From the NCBI RefSeq assembly GCF_964204645.1, contig NC_134033.1, positions 1,012,131 through 1,076,130 of the forward strand: a stretch of DNA of 64,000 bases. Reading direction: 5' to 3'. This document shows positions 11,130-24,795 of this stretch, one piece after another. The notes below the pieces were generated by a model, which had not been told where the DNA came from, did no database searches, and saw nothing but the letters and a program-made list of their open reading frames with translations. This DNA is from Tubulanus polymorphus. Taxonomy: Eukaryota; Animalia; Nemertea. The position numbers and the translations under genes were made by a program. Within the stretch, counting starts at the first letter, position 1. The number at the start of each line of letters is the position of its first letter.

Positions 11130-14100
11130 TCTGTCTATTTGTACCGTTTGTTTGTTTGTTTATTTTGCTATTTGTCGTGTCGAACCGGTTCTATATGGTA
11201 ATAGATTACGGAACGGCAGACGATAAAAGTTCGACTGCTGGACGACACCGCAGGCGACTAACTCATAAAATATTCATGAACCGTTCCTCCGGTCAAAATG
11301 TACATCTTGATGAAACGTCAGTCGTAATATAATAGTAATTAATGCCGAGTAAACAATCTAACGATTTTTGTACCGGAACTCCCGCGGTGAAGGTCGCGTG
11401 GACGTCACTTCGAATGAAAGTCCGCGCCCGCTTTCTCGCTCGAGTAACGTCACGTTTTGATTGAAATTGATAGGAAAGAAATTGCTATTTGGGAAGGATG
11501 ATAATTAATTCCCTAAACCCCGGAGATGCGGTTATCTTTACAAGGCGGATATTGTGCGTATAAAACCCTCGCGGGTATTGAAACGCTATTAGCCGGATTC
11601 CCGTGTGACCCGCCACTCTGCCATACCCTACTGACTAGCGTGTACTCAACAGATAAACAGATTTTTACGATACTTGTTTCCAGAAAACGGTACAGAAATT
11701 GTCGCGTTTATCCGTGGAATATTCTATAGTAGTTATCTAGAATTCTAGGATACATTCATCACCGATATCACACGCCGCAACAAGCTGGCGTTCTGTGCTT
11801 CTTTATCGAAATCCGATACCGCGATTTTATCGTGACCAAAAACCGCATAAACGTAACATTATCCAATCAAAACCATCAGTAACAATGTTTATTCATGAAA
11901 GCTTTCACCGACATGATGAAAGACGTTGAAATTTTAGAATTCTTTTGAGTCTTTTCTTTCGCGCTACGTAATCTTAGTTGCCATAGCGGCGCTCTTGATA
12001 ATTAATTACCGAGCGATAACCGGAGATTCCTTTTTATCAACAACGGTCTCGACGAGGTCTACAGGGGCCGATTGCGTAACGGAGCTACGAATCATTAAAC
12101 GAAAGTAGAAACTCTTTTTTACGCAAACGAACCGGCGAATTATGTTTCTATATATTGTTAGGTCCTGCCTGGATGTTCGGTACCGCGAAACGTAAATGTT
12201 TAGACAGCACTTTCAACAGAAAATCGTCAGTTTAGTCTTAACGTATAATGTATCTTATACTGGTATTCAGTGAACGTGCAACTCAACGTCGTCTGCGTCG
12301 ATACGGGGGTAAATATTTGCCGACAATCTCAATAGTGTCGAGATTGATTAAGAGATTCCAGTTCCACCGAATCGGTGCCCGTTCCACGAACAACTTCACG
12401 CCCTTCTCAAAGATTAGGTCGCGTATTTTCCACCCTATCTAAACGGCAATGCGTACTTTCGCGATCTGTGAACGCTTCACAGCCTCGTCGAAGATTAGTA
12501 GTTCTACGCGCGCGGTATGTAGGTCACGTATTCGTCGCCCTATTCTACGTAAGGCAATGCGAATGATTGGTGAGCTGTAAAAACTGGTCTCAGTCACGAT
12601 AACGAGATGGTAGCGTAGAGATAATTCAATGACGGTGGCTATCTGAAACTAATCCGTGCTGAAGATCTAAGATATAGCCTGCACGCACGCGCTAAGCCGG
12701 CTATTAACTCCAATCACGGACGACGTTATTTAGTAGAGATCCACGCTCTCTTCTGATGTCGTGACATAGTGATATATCGGATATCAAAAGTCTAATAACA
12801 TTTGTTTTTTTCGTTGCTGAGTAAGGTTTTATGAACATTGACAATAACGATGGACCAGCAAACGAACTAAGTCAACTGCGCTTGTTAAGTACTCCGACAC
12901 TAGACGGCGTTCGTTGAAGATTAACCATTCAAATATTCAAATATGTATATTTGAATATTCAAATCTAAATCCGGGTTCGTGAACTCTGCGGTGGGCCCGT
13001 TCCGGTTAGAACCTCCAGAGAGTCGACTAGCGGTGTCAGTCGCACGCCATATATGAATACAACCCTCTTGTGGCAGACTGCTATCTGTATCTATTAGTCC
13101 CGGCGGAGTGATTCCTGCGACTCCTCGAAGTTGGTGATAAAAATCCGGTGTATCGTCACTCCAGTCACGTGTACAGTATTTACACCGGAAGTGTGACGTC
13201 ACTCGGGCGATGGCGCGTAATTCTGAAAAAAAAAGATAATCGATTCAACCGATTTTATTTTCAATTTATTTCAAGGCACGTACAATTCAAATAGACCAAT
13301 TCTCCCCGTCCTATCAGTTAGAAAATTTTTGGATTTATAGCGAACGGGATGATTTAATCAGATAATTTACGATGGCCGGTTGCACACAAGCTCCAGCAGA
13401 TTACAGGGTTCCAGTGAACGCAGACACAGGCGTTGATGCGACACTGTTGCTTGTAACGTATTGCATGTGTTATCCTGCGAATGAAGAGACACCAATCCCC
13501 AGTGTCCGAGCAATAAATAAAATCTCCTAATCAAATTTCTCTGTTTTCTGTCTCATACACGAAACGTCAAATAATTGCGCAGTTCGTCTGACATTTTTAA
13601 TTTCCAGTCTCGCATTTTCCGCAGACGTTGAAAAAGACGACGCGTGAGATAGAACCGTCTTACCTGATTAGTGTCAGCGTTCACAGAACAAGCCTCAGAT
13701 CTTGTATATTTGCTTGTTTGCCGGCGTAAAAAATAAACTCTGTCTCGTTTCCAAATCAACAGCTATTCGTCTGCCTAGAGATCGGCGAGATCTAACTAAA
13801 TGAATGCCTGGCAGTGAATTATTGAAGCTGATGAATATAGATAGATCCCTTGACACTGGCTTGTCTTGTAAAAGCTGCAAAATAATATCGTAAACAGATG
13901 CTATTTATCACTTCACCAATCGGCTCCATAAATTCGGGAATTAGAGGTTTCAGCTAGATTCAAATAACGTATCATTTTAACGCAACCAGGGCCATCGTAA
14001 CCATTGCATCGTAGGCTCCTGGTGTAATTCGAAATTGTTTGACAAGTTCCACAGTTCAGGACCCATTTCCTCTTATTTTCCTCTTAAAAACGGACTTATT

Positions 14101-14499
14101 TCGCTCAAGTCTAATTCATAATCATGGACCGAGGTCCTTAAATTAATATAAGTACAGTCTGCTGGCCAGCACTGGATGATTCACAACCATCTGACAGAGT
14201 AAATACCAAATAGTACTTAAAAATGTATATTGCGTGTGGCTTTGGAAGATATACTATACCGATACCTCAAGAGTTAGAATCAGTTATTCGATTAAGCCAG
14301 AACCGTGGAACATAAAACAAATTGATTGTCGATGAAAATTTGCTGATTTTAAATAACTAAAACAATTGAGATGAACGATGTGAATCCGAATCCAGTTCCA
14401 CAATTCACGGTTGACAACGATTTTATGAAGTTAGGATTGGATTAGAAATCTAAACTAATTTTGAGTAATCTAATCTATATGAGAGACTAGTTTTTTTCC

Positions 14500-14760
14500 A
14501 GAATCGGAATCCGGTTCCACAGTTCATGGTTAATTTCGATTTTATGGAGTTAAACAGGGGCGGATTCTGGGTCAAAGAAAAACAGGAAAAAAAAACAAGT
14601 GAGATTACGAATCAGAATTCGGTTCCACAGTTTGAGGTCAACTTCGATTTTATGGAGTTAAACAGGGCCGGATTCTGGGTCAAAGAAAAAAAGCAATTGA
14701 CATTACGAATCAGAATCCGTTTCCTCGGTTCGGGGTTGACTTCGATTCTGCGGCCTTAAA
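14500..14760. repeat. Degenerate ~100-bp direct repeat
   Basis: GAATC..CGGTTCCACAGTT..TTCGATTTTATGGAGTTAAACAGGG..GGATTCTGGGTCAAAGAAAAA occurs 2-3 times. Confidence 0.7.
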
Positions 14761-15110
14761 ATGGAGCGACAATTCGAACATATTTTCAGGAATCAATACG
14801 GATAAACTCGACTTTTTCTTCATGAATCATCCTTTCGACGAGTTGAATTTGATTCAGTTAGAAAGAAAATGATCGATTTGATCCTATCTCCTCAAATAGC
14901 TCACAACTGTGGGACTGCTATGGAATGCGAAATGTTAACTTTGGATTGCATAAAAATAGAATAGAGCGAACATCTAAAAATATTTTGAGAAATTGAATTG
15001 ATGCGATTAACTCGGTTTTCAGTTCTTGAATCAGAATGAATCTGTTAAAATTAAAAAATTAAAATGATTGAATCCGATCTCGCCGCAGAAGCCGTTATAC
15101 CGAGAACGTA

Positions 15111-15438
15111 CCAAATCTAACTAATCAGCTCGATGACGAAATGGTGACCAGTTCATCGCAATTGAATTCATATCGCACAGTTAGATTTAGAACGGAGCGT
15201 TCTAACTTGTAACGAGCCAAATTTAGACGGTTCTTAAATAGCGTAGTGGCTAAATACATAAAATCGAGAGCGTCCCAAATGGGTACGTGCCAAATCTAAC
15301 TAATCAACTCGATGACGAATTGATGACCAGTTCATCGCAATTGAATTCATATCGCACAGTACGATTTACAGAACGCACCGTTCTGACTTGTAACGAGCCA
15401 AATTCCGACGGTTCTTAAATAGCATAGTGGCTAAATAC
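15111..15438. repeat. Direct repeat of about 150 bp (15111-15258 and 15290-15438)
   Basis: CCAAATCTAACTAATCA.CTCGATGACGAA...TAGTGGCTAAATACA occurs twice. Confidence 0.9.
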
Positions 15439-15679
15439 ACAACTGGTGGAACTGCTACGGTATGGGAAACTGTTGTTCGAATTTGTAAGTTACGTAAACA
15501 GAAAAATAAAAATACAGAACACGAGTTAAACGTAAACGTTATTGTAATACATACTGTTTATCTGCAGGTGCGAGTAGAAACATATATCATTCCAACGTTC
15601 ATTATTTCCCTGCTCAACACCGGGTGATTTAATCCTTTACACCTTCACAATGAAATAACAGGCGGTTTTTTAATGATCA

Positions 15680-15804
15680 GGGTCCAATTTCAAGAAAAGC
15701 TTTTGAACTCAAAATCGATTCATCGTCGTCGCCTTATGATTGAAAACAAAACGAAATATTATTTTAAAATCTTTTAGGATTAAACTTCTTCGTGAAACTG
15801 GACC
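15680..15804. mobile_element. Short MITE with GGGTCCARTTTCA termini
   Basis: GGGTCCAATTTCAAGAA...TTCGTGAAACTGGACCC, flanked by CAG-like sites. A related element lies at 51607-51707. Confidence 0.55.
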
Positions 15805-15834
15805 CAGAACCAGTTCTACGGGAAAGGTTCTGAA

Positions 15835-15950
15835 ATCTAACTCTAACTCACAACTGTAGAAATGGATCCTGAATTCAGAGTTAACTCATAACTGTGGAAC
15901 TGGATCCTGAGTTCAAAGTAAAGACTCACTCACAATCGTGGAACTCCGAG
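15835..15950. repeat. ACTGTGGAACTGG-family tandem repeat
   Basis: AACTCACAACTGTGGAACTGGATCCTGAGTTC units. Confidence 0.75.
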
Positions 15951-16749
15951 GACCCAATGCTCAGAAGACTCGTTTTGTCCCCGTACTTCCCGTTATAAAG
16001 ATGCGGCAGCTGTAATGATTTATAACTGCGGTGGTTCCCGTCAGTTCTCTGCTGCTGCCAGACGCAGCTCGCGAGATCTCGCGCAGTTTGCCGGGGATTT
16101 CCCTCTCTGACGGCCGTCTCGTCTGCGGCTTTCGAAAACCATTAATTATTGTGTAAAACCAACAATAAAACGAGGAATGCATCAATCCATAAAATACCTT
16201 CTTATCCCCCGGATTGAGCGGAAACCGGATGTTCACGGTTACGAGTACTTCCGGGGATTTCAGGTAGCACCAAACTAAATCACGCGCTGCTGAGATACCA
16301 ACCGCAATCGTTTGCAATCGTTTACAGAAAGTCATAACAACAAAACTGAACAAATAGCTTCTAATGGCCGACCCCATGGGCTGAGTTGCTAATAAGGATT
16401 TGTTTGGATCACTGAGTGTGTGCTTATGTGCACTGAATCAGGCAGCCCTACCCCGGCGAAGGAAAACCATCCGAAGTTATTCGGTACACGACCGTCTCAG
16501 TCCCCTGTGAGTGAAAGGGTTTTCAATTGTTGGTTTTATTTCGCTGCAAACTGGCGCGCCGTATTTTTTCATCAATGCGCTATAAGCTTGGTAATAAAGT
16601 CAGTACCAATTCTCTGAATCCCATGGATATTTTTTCGACATTTTGGTGACACGTGTTCCCGTTTATTATGTGAATAGTTTAGGTTTATTGTTATATAAAT
16701 GGCAGGTTTTGTTGACAGAGACGAAACATAAATAACCAGCTAGCGGAAA

Positions 16750-16940
16750 CCGTGGAACTGGAGTCGAATTAAACCCGCACAACTGTGAAACTGGATCCAA
16801 CATGGAATGCATACCCACACAACTGTGGAGCTGGTTTCAGAGATAAATTAAACCCACACAACTGTGGCACTGGGTCCAGAGTCAACGGGGGAACTGGATC
16901 CACAAAGTCAAATTAAAATCCAACTGTGGAATTGGGTTCG
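16750..16940. repeat. ACTGTGGAACTGG-family tandem repeat, about 40-bp unit
   Basis: AAATTAAACCCACACAACTGTGGAACTGG units, the same subtype as 55740-55977. Confidence 0.8.
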
Positions 16941-17290
16941 TCCGTTTCAGCCCCCACGATTTTAGAATTTAGAATTGGGTATTCCTAACAAGAACTGATC
17001 AGTAATTTTTTCTTATCAAATATATAAACAATTGGCTAAGCAGTTTTCTATGTACAACCCCGCGATATTCCTAATGGATATTCCTAAGTAGAACTAATCA
17101 GTAATTCTTACTTATCAAATATATAAACAGTTGTGGCTGAAATAGCAGTTAATAACCGTGGAGTCAATAGCTCATTGTTATCTATCATTATCACTACATC
17201 ACCAGAGACTTTAATAGCGATAAAACTGACAAACCGTCAATCATCGCCGAACATTTACCCAGATAAAACTGTATCGCTAAGTATCAGCAC

Positions 17291-17327
<37 letters not shown>

Positions 17328-17559
17328 TACACAAACACTTTATCTCTCACGACATAAACTGTTCGGCGGTTTTTATTACCGCTTCGAGATTTTACAACTA
17401 ACGATCGCTTTAAAACAACGCACACCAGAAACAAGATTATATTCCGATAAAATCTACGTTATTTATTACATTAGTATATAGTCTCCTTTCGCGGAAGTCG
17501 AAATTTCTTTGAATGTTTGATACCACACATCTACGTCACACCGGGCACCTGGGCACCTT

Positions 17560-17720
17560 AGAGAGCGAGTCAGGGCTCGACTGTGTGGTGTAGGAGAGTT
17601 AGAGAGCGGACCAGGGCTTGACTGTGTGGTGGAGGAGAAAAGTTAGAGAGCGGGTCAGGGCTTGACTGTGTCGTGGAGGAGAGTAGAGAGCGGGTCAGGG
17701 CTCGACTGTGTGGTGGAGGG
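17560..17720. repeat. 41-44-bp minisatellite, 4 copies
   Basis: AGAGAGCGGGTCAGGGCTYGACTGTGTGGTGGAGG. Confidence 0.9.
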
Positions 17721-19849
17721 AAGTAAAGCGGGATAAAGGCCTTGCCATTTTCGATGGTAGAGCTATTATGCGAGAATGGTATAAAGTAGTCTAGTCCGGT
17801 TCCTGGCCGCTAGGGGTGACGTTGTTTTGGGAACTTTTCAGCCAATCACCGAGTACGACCTTCACCTTGGCGCAAAGCTTCGGTTAGAATCAAACCAGCG
17901 GTGTCTGCTCCGCGTCTGGAAAAAAGTCATAGACGTCGACGCATCTGAAATATCAACAATCTATAGAGAAAACTAGGAGCAATCTGCTGGGAGTACGGGA
18001 GTGAACTCCCGGCTCCCTGAGGTCAACAAGCATGCCAACAATTATATCAACAGGAGGGAGATATATAAACACACCTCGACTTATCAAACACCGGCTCGAT
18101 CGAATCGGCGGAGACCTGGACAAACGGAATGTCGAACAACTCGAGGAACGATGACAGATATCAGTGAGAGGCAGACGACATGTCTGCACGTACTGTCTAT
18201 AAAACCAGACCCATTATACATACATGTATATACACACGCGACCTGCGGGCATAAATCAATCATGTATTCTCACGCGGGGATGAAAAAAAATCAATCATAC
18301 CTATACAGACTGGTTACCGGTCTAATGGGACAGGCAACCAGTCTATAATATAAATGGAACTCACCTGCAGTGGCTTAAAAGCATCACCGCGACACAACAC
18401 GCGTTCACAATCTCAATTCGTGTGTCAGCCACAACTAAATCCAACAGCTGATGCACATCAGTATCATTTACCATAAAAACTGTTCGATTTGCGTTAATGC
18501 AAATGAATTAGATTTCGTTAAAGCTTTTAATGATAGAGTGAATTAGTATCGGATAAACGTAGAAAACATCTGCAGATATCTTAATCGATCTGTAGACTCG
18601 TGTATCATCGATAGATCGAACGACAGATGTTAGCGACATAAAGTGGCGCATGCGTTATCAATACTATTGACTTCACTTAAACATAATAACGTACTCGCAT
18701 TTGAAATCTATACCGGCCTTGCTGCCTTGAGATGAGCCGCAAATCATGATTATTATTGTATTTCTCCCAAATTTTCAAAACTATTGTTCTTTCTTTAAAA
18801 CTAATCGGAGTCCATTTAGAATGTTTTTTTTTTCAATCCATAAGAGGTACGTAGACAGTGTCGCGGGCATCATGTTGAATAAAAAAGGAAAAATACAAAT
18901 GCGCAAGAATAGAATGACAACATTCATTTTCGAACATTTTCAACATTTTCAACTTTTCGAAGACTGCTTATGATATGAAGGCTCTGATCAGTCAGAAACC
19001 TGCACTCTTGGACACATCTGCCAGACATCGTGCCGAGGAGTGCGCAGTTACCATGCAGTAACCACAGGAATCAGGCAATTTTATAATGATAGAAAAGCTT
19101 TGATATGCCGCGGCAAACAGGACTTTATCAGAATACGTAACATCGAACGTCGGGCACACGTCAAGGCGACTGTGGCAATCGAGGATCCACTAGGGGCGCT
19201 AGTGTGATGTCTAGTTTGCTCAGGTTACTATTTCTATATGTTCCCACATGAATATTCCGTTTATCCCTGCATGAAGTATATCTATTCCCCATCTATTCCC
19301 CAGGAGCAAAACTCAATCCGTTAATTTACGGTGGAATTAATTTCCTCGCTAGGCCTCGATTCGCGCGAATACATCGCTTGGTTTTCGACGCTGCTGGGGG
19401 ATGTTTACGTTCCGAGCGACTGGTCGGTAATGATAAAACGGAAAAACCTCAGGCCGGAATTATGAATAATCATTTTGTCTATGAATATTTAAAACGACGC
19501 CAGATTTCCTATCCCTACAAGCTACACAAGACAACAAAATCTAAAGAACAAAACAATTCAACGAAACGTATGCATGTTCGTTTAATCTTTCATCAGATAA
19601 ACACAGCTTGTTTCACCTCGCTATACTTTTAAAATTCCCAACTCCAGACGAAAAACGAGTCAGGCATAAATGAATCGGTGGTAACGGAAGAACTCAGAAC
19701 ATACACTTGAATTGTTAAGGAGCTGATATACAGCGAGGTTTCAGTTCCCCGAGAGATGTTTGATTAAAAGGAATCTGTTGGTGGTATAGGGGGAAAACGG
19801 AATAATTATCGGTCGTATATCTTCGCACTGAACGCGCGTGAGCAGATTT

Positions 19850-20260
19850 CTGAGAGCAGAGAACGCTGCGGACTCCGGACTCTCTGAGAGCAGAGAACGC
19901 CGCGGACTCCAGACTCTCTGAGAGCAGAGAACGCCGCGGACTCCAGACTCTCAGAGAGCAGAGAACGCCGCGGACTCCAGACTCTCTGAGAACAGAGAAC
20001 GCCGCGGACTCCAGACTCTCTGAGAACAGAGAACGCCGCGGACTCCAGACTCTCTGAGAGCAGAGAACGCCGCGGACTCCAGACTCTCTGAGAACAGAGA
20101 ACGCCGCGGACTCCAGACTCTCTGAGAGCAGAGAACGCCGCGGACTCCAGACTCTCTGAGAACAGAGAACGCCGCGGACTCCAGACTCTCTGAGAGCAGA
20201 GAACGCCGCGGACTCCGGACTCTCTGAGAACAGAGAACGCCGCGCGGACTCCAGACTCTC
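19850..20260. repeat. 34-bp minisatellite, about 12 copies
   Basis: GAGCAGAGAACGCCGCGGACTCCAGACTCTCTGA. Confidence 0.97.
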
Positions 20261-20318
20261 AAAACAGAATCATGAATGAAGTTTTGTCGACTCGACACGA
20301 TGAAGCGTCTCTTTGCAA

Positions 20319-20664
20319 CCCTTTCAGTGCTGACTAATTAATACTCTATAGAGCTGGAGATAATTTGAAATTTTTTGAAAATTCTACCCTAGTGTGCTGA
20401 CACTTGGAGTAATCATTTGATTTTATAGTCAAATGATTACTCCAAGGTTGAGAATAACGGGAATACCACTATAGTGTGTCTACACTGCGGCGCGGTGTAT
20501 TGTTAGTTACATAAGATTTCACTATGTCTGACAGGTGCTGCCATTTTTCAAGAGAGATAATTACTAATTACTCATAACACCAATACACCGCAGTGCGGTG
20601 TACTAGCAAAATTCAGCACCGATTTGTATATACATCGCACTGCGGTGTAGACGCACTGAAAGGG
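20319..20664 (-). mobile_element. piggyBac-like MITE copy (reverse orientation)
   Basis: CCCTTTCAGTGC...GCACTGAAAGGG TIRs; homologous to 43721-44006; TTAA TSD degenerate. Confidence 0.85.
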
Positions 20665-21114
20665 TTGAATATTTGTTAAGAAGGCTCGTTATCTTTATTT
20701 GGTCGGTCAGGGGCGCATCCAGATGGTAGCACGAGGAGCCCGTGCTCCTGTCGCAATTTTCTCGTGCCCTTTTCGAGAAACAACGGCAGTTGATTGTTTC
20801 GAAGCACCCATCCGCATCTGACGGGAGCAACACAGCAATACTCGTCCGAGATCTGAGCTTCACAATTGCGTTTAATCTGCAGGCAGAAAACCCAGTTAGG
20901 CTTACCTAATTCAAGATAAACATAGACGATTTGAACCAATTCGTGGCTGTGCGGTTGTGACTATCATATTTCCCGCGGTCTTCAAACAAGGTTCGAACGA
21001 GAACAAACACAAAACATCCTTAAAGCAGACTAATATATACATATTAAATAAAGGAGCTAATAAGAGGATATTATTAGCTAATAGGGGGATAATTAGTTTG
21101 TTCTCACGATGAAG

Positions 21115-22850
21115 TTTCGATGAAGTTAACTGATGCAGACAGGACATGATGAATTAATCTAAACGTCGATTATACATTTATTAGAACCGAACCAAACACG
21201 CTTCGATCCCGGTGATAAGATTACTGATTCGTTACGACATCTGCTGAAAGAATTGTCAAACAAAATATACATCTTCAGCAATAATGGGAACGAGTTGAGG
21301 CGAAATTCATTGTTCAATTATCTCTAGTTGTTCAAAAGATAACGGGTTTTTTGCCTTGAAGTCGAATTCAATTAACCAAGGCTTACGGAGCCAACAGGAT
21401 AAGACGGAAAACGCTTTCAGTTGAATAAGTCCAACAATCAAGAATTCATTAGAATTCATTTCGAAAGAACCGAATTTTTGACTTTCTACTAAAAACCATC
21501 ACCACGGAATTGAACTGATTAGTTTTTAGAGGAAAATTCGGATTTCCGTTTTAAATGATTTATTATAACTTTTCGATGGTTATTTTCAACAGACAGCCTC
21601 TTGATTGAGGGATTTATATCTAACTCTTCGTTCGCGACTCATTGCGATGTTTTTACCTCTCGTCGTCAAGTTCGTATCTGTCTTTCTATCGTCTCCTCGC
21701 TCTGCCCTTTTTTCTTCTCTCTTCTCTCCGTCTTCTGAGATGCAGAAAAAAAAACAGCGCAATCAGAAATTGTCAGGAATGTGTGTCTGTGGCCGGGATC
21801 ACGAGAGATCACGTTATAAACGATGATTGATCGATGTTGGATCTGAATTCGTCGTATAGAGCAGGATTAATGAGACATCTGTTATTTCTATATCTACCTG
21901 AAAACTGTCAACCCCTCGTCGATTCTTTTCGGGAACGAGTACAGCTGAAGTGGAGGTTTTATGTATCTGACTGTCAGACAATTCAACCACAATCTTAACA
22001 TTTCAGGGGTTTTAAGAATAGATTTTGTATGATTGTTACGATCCCTATAGTTGCTATGACTCCATCTAGTGGTTCAGTGTTTCAGAAAACTCATTGCAAC
22101 TCATATGAAGCTCTTGTAATACGAGAATTATAGCGGGTTTATTGAGCCACCACACGTGACTGGTCTTCACACACCTGACTGGTCACCTCACACCTGACTG
22201 GCCACCTCACATCTGACTGGTCACCTCACTGACAAGACGAACTTACAAATCCCAGTCAATCACTATTGGTCTGTGGTTTAGTGGGTAGCATGCTCAGTCG
22301 ACAAGCTGGAGGTCACCAGTTCGAGTCCTGTTAGGGTTAGGGTTATCGGTAGTACGGTCTAGTCCGTTTTACGACCCATTTTAGGGCCAGAAGAGCAGTG
22401 GTTATTATCTTTTTCTTTTGTTAAAACCAAACTACCTGCACATAATGAACTGTTTTACTCAAAAAATTCCAGGCTATGGTTGTGAATGAGCCAAAACTTC
22501 CACATATTAGACTATGTAATGTGATATAAAAGAATTCAATCTCTAGGTTTCGACGAAGTTAACCGATGAAGACAGGACGTGATTACCTAATCTCTAACAT
22601 CGATTAGAACCGAACAAACACGCTTCAATCCCGGCGATAAGATTACTGATTCATTACGACATCTGTTGACGTAGTGAAAAGAATTATCAAACAAAATGTG
22701 CATCTCAATAACGGGAACGAGTCGAGGCGAAATTCATTGTTCAATTATCTCTTTGTTCCAAATATAGCGGGTTTGATATCGCCACCGAAGTCATATCTAA
22801 CTGAGGGCGGCGTAGCTGGTGCCAACATAATTAGATGGAAAATGTTTTCT
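21115..22850. repeat. Diverged ~300-bp duplication (21115-21420 vs 22548-22850)
   Basis: Shared TTTCGAYGAAGTTAAC..GATAAGATTACTGATTC..GAGGCGAAATTCATTGTTCAATTATCTCT. Confidence 0.85.
22268..22346 (+). pseudogene. tRNA-derived SINE head or pseudogene
   Basis: A box TGGTTTAGTGG and B box AGTTCGAGTCC at tRNA-like spacing, imperfect stems, followed by TTAGGGTTAGGGTTA. Confidence 0.55.
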
Positions 22851-24559
22851 GTTTTGGCCGATTCCCTTGGGGACTCCTATAATTGAGGCCAGACTGGGTC
22901 AGTCAGAGCGAGCACCGCTTTATCTGTGGATCTAGGGAGGCTTTCGCCGTCGAGTTACTACAGATGATTTTTCCTCCAATCACGTACGCATTCTCTCACA
23001 ATATCAATCCCACAGCAGCAGCAGCAGCAGCAGCAGCAGCTGCAGACGAAAGTCTTTCATCGGAGCAGACTATCAGATGAAATAATCAGCCATCAAAGAG
23101 TCGGTACCTGTGTCTACCTGCTACATCTTGATAAGAAATGTTTTGAAGTCGTAAATGCACCTAGTACTATAATGCTGAAGCTTCGTTTTATCTCTTAGAA
23201 TAGCTCAATTTGCTGAAGCCCCCGGACCCACCAGTGACACTGACAATAAAGTTCAAAATGTTTCATCTAATAACTGATAATTTGATGAACGTCTCAGCTA
23301 TATTCAGTCATAACATAAAATTACGTCGCGAAACTTGATTCGTCGAAGGAGACATTATTCCGGGCTGTTTTTGTTTCCTTCCGAGTGCGGAATTTCATAC
23401 GATCTTGACAACACGTTGATTCCTCGTTGACAGACTTTGTGTCGATGAAATCTTGGTCAACGAGCTGTCAAGTGGCCGTCAAGTAGCCAGGTAACGGCTC
23501 GGCGCTTTCTGCCGATGGCAGTAGGTGTGTATCAATTACTGTTAGTCTCGCACAGCACTCAAACCACGCGTTAAAACGGTTAATAGACACTTATTCTGAA
23601 ACCCTGCGATCTACCTAATGTTCCTCTCTTTTAACACCTCAGTCTCTCGCGAATAGCGGCAGAAAGTGTGCTATTGAAGCATTTTACAGTCACTGCACAA
23701 ACTCTCAATAGAATCATCGTCTCAGATAATTCAGGATACGTATATCCGGTTCCTGTCAAGTTGCCAGTTACCGGATTTACCGGATTTTGACGCGTAAGAA
23801 ACTGTTGTAATCAGAGAAGGGTTTTAGCGGGTGTTGTTTAGTGAATAGACTCACCACACAGCTCACTGGTCACCTCACACGTGATTGGTCACCTCACACG
23901 TGATTCCTTCTTAGTAATAGAGCATCCCCTATTTTCATTTTCAATTTTTCATATGCTACACTTCGGAGTAGAAGGTTCGTTCTAAATGTATGCATGATGA
24001 TCAGTGAGTGCCTAAAAATGCTCAGAATGCTAGGAGTAGAATGTACGTCTCAATTTTCTCCCATTTCGAAAATCCTAGATCCGCCCCTGCTCCAAGCCCA
24101 TGAGACAACCTAAAGCTTGCCCAACTTTTTGAAATAAAGCATTGCCGTAGTCTATGCCTAGGTGATTTGCTCCATGTCGTCTGCTCGAGGTGGGGATTTA
24201 TCGATTAATATTCGCTTGATTCCACTCGATAAACTGCCAGCGAGAAACTGAGAGTGGTGATATTTACCATATAGAAATATAAGCGCTTAAATGTATTTAC
24301 ATTTGGCTCGAGTTTCATCATCACCGCAATTTATTAATTCAATAAAGTCGACTCGACTCGCGCGTGCTGGAGTCGGCAGGCGATAAGTAAGCGCACTGCT
24401 GCTGTTCTCAACCCGGAGATTGGGCATCAAACCGCGTGAACTAATTGAGCAAAATAATCATAGCCACGGGAGGTGTTCAGAATTAATCCTATCCCGACTT
24501 ATTGGGGAGTTCCATCTGAGAATCATTTAGCGAATTTTGTCGTGACATTTTTCGAAGAA

Positions 24560-24795
24560 ATGGCAGCATCCTTATCATCCCCCTATGGCATCAATAATTT
24601 CCGCGGAGACGCTACATTAGTCCCCCTATGACATCATTAATTAGTTTGATTACTATGGAGACACTGGTTTGTCTAGTGTTACGTAATCCCCTTATGACAT
24701 CGAATTATTATATCAGTTATCACGATAACTCAAGTAGGTCTACCGATTTGAACAAATTGCCGTCCCATAATATCGGTCCCCTGTGACATCATTAA
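24560..24795. repeat. TCCCCCTATGACATCAT dispersed repeat cluster
   Basis: Four copies here; the same unit occurs at 8703-8815, 34595-34830, 39995-40035, 40245-40285, 50298-50620 and 63665-63705. Confidence 0.75.

Noticed and set aside
10529-11332. 267-aa repetitive ORF and CRISPR-like appearance
   Set aside because: A head-to-tail 51-bp minisatellite with no unique spacers and no cas genes; it stays open only because the unit is a multiple of 3.
19850-20298. 34-bp array as a CRISPR or as an ORF
   Set aside because: No spacers; a simple minisatellite.
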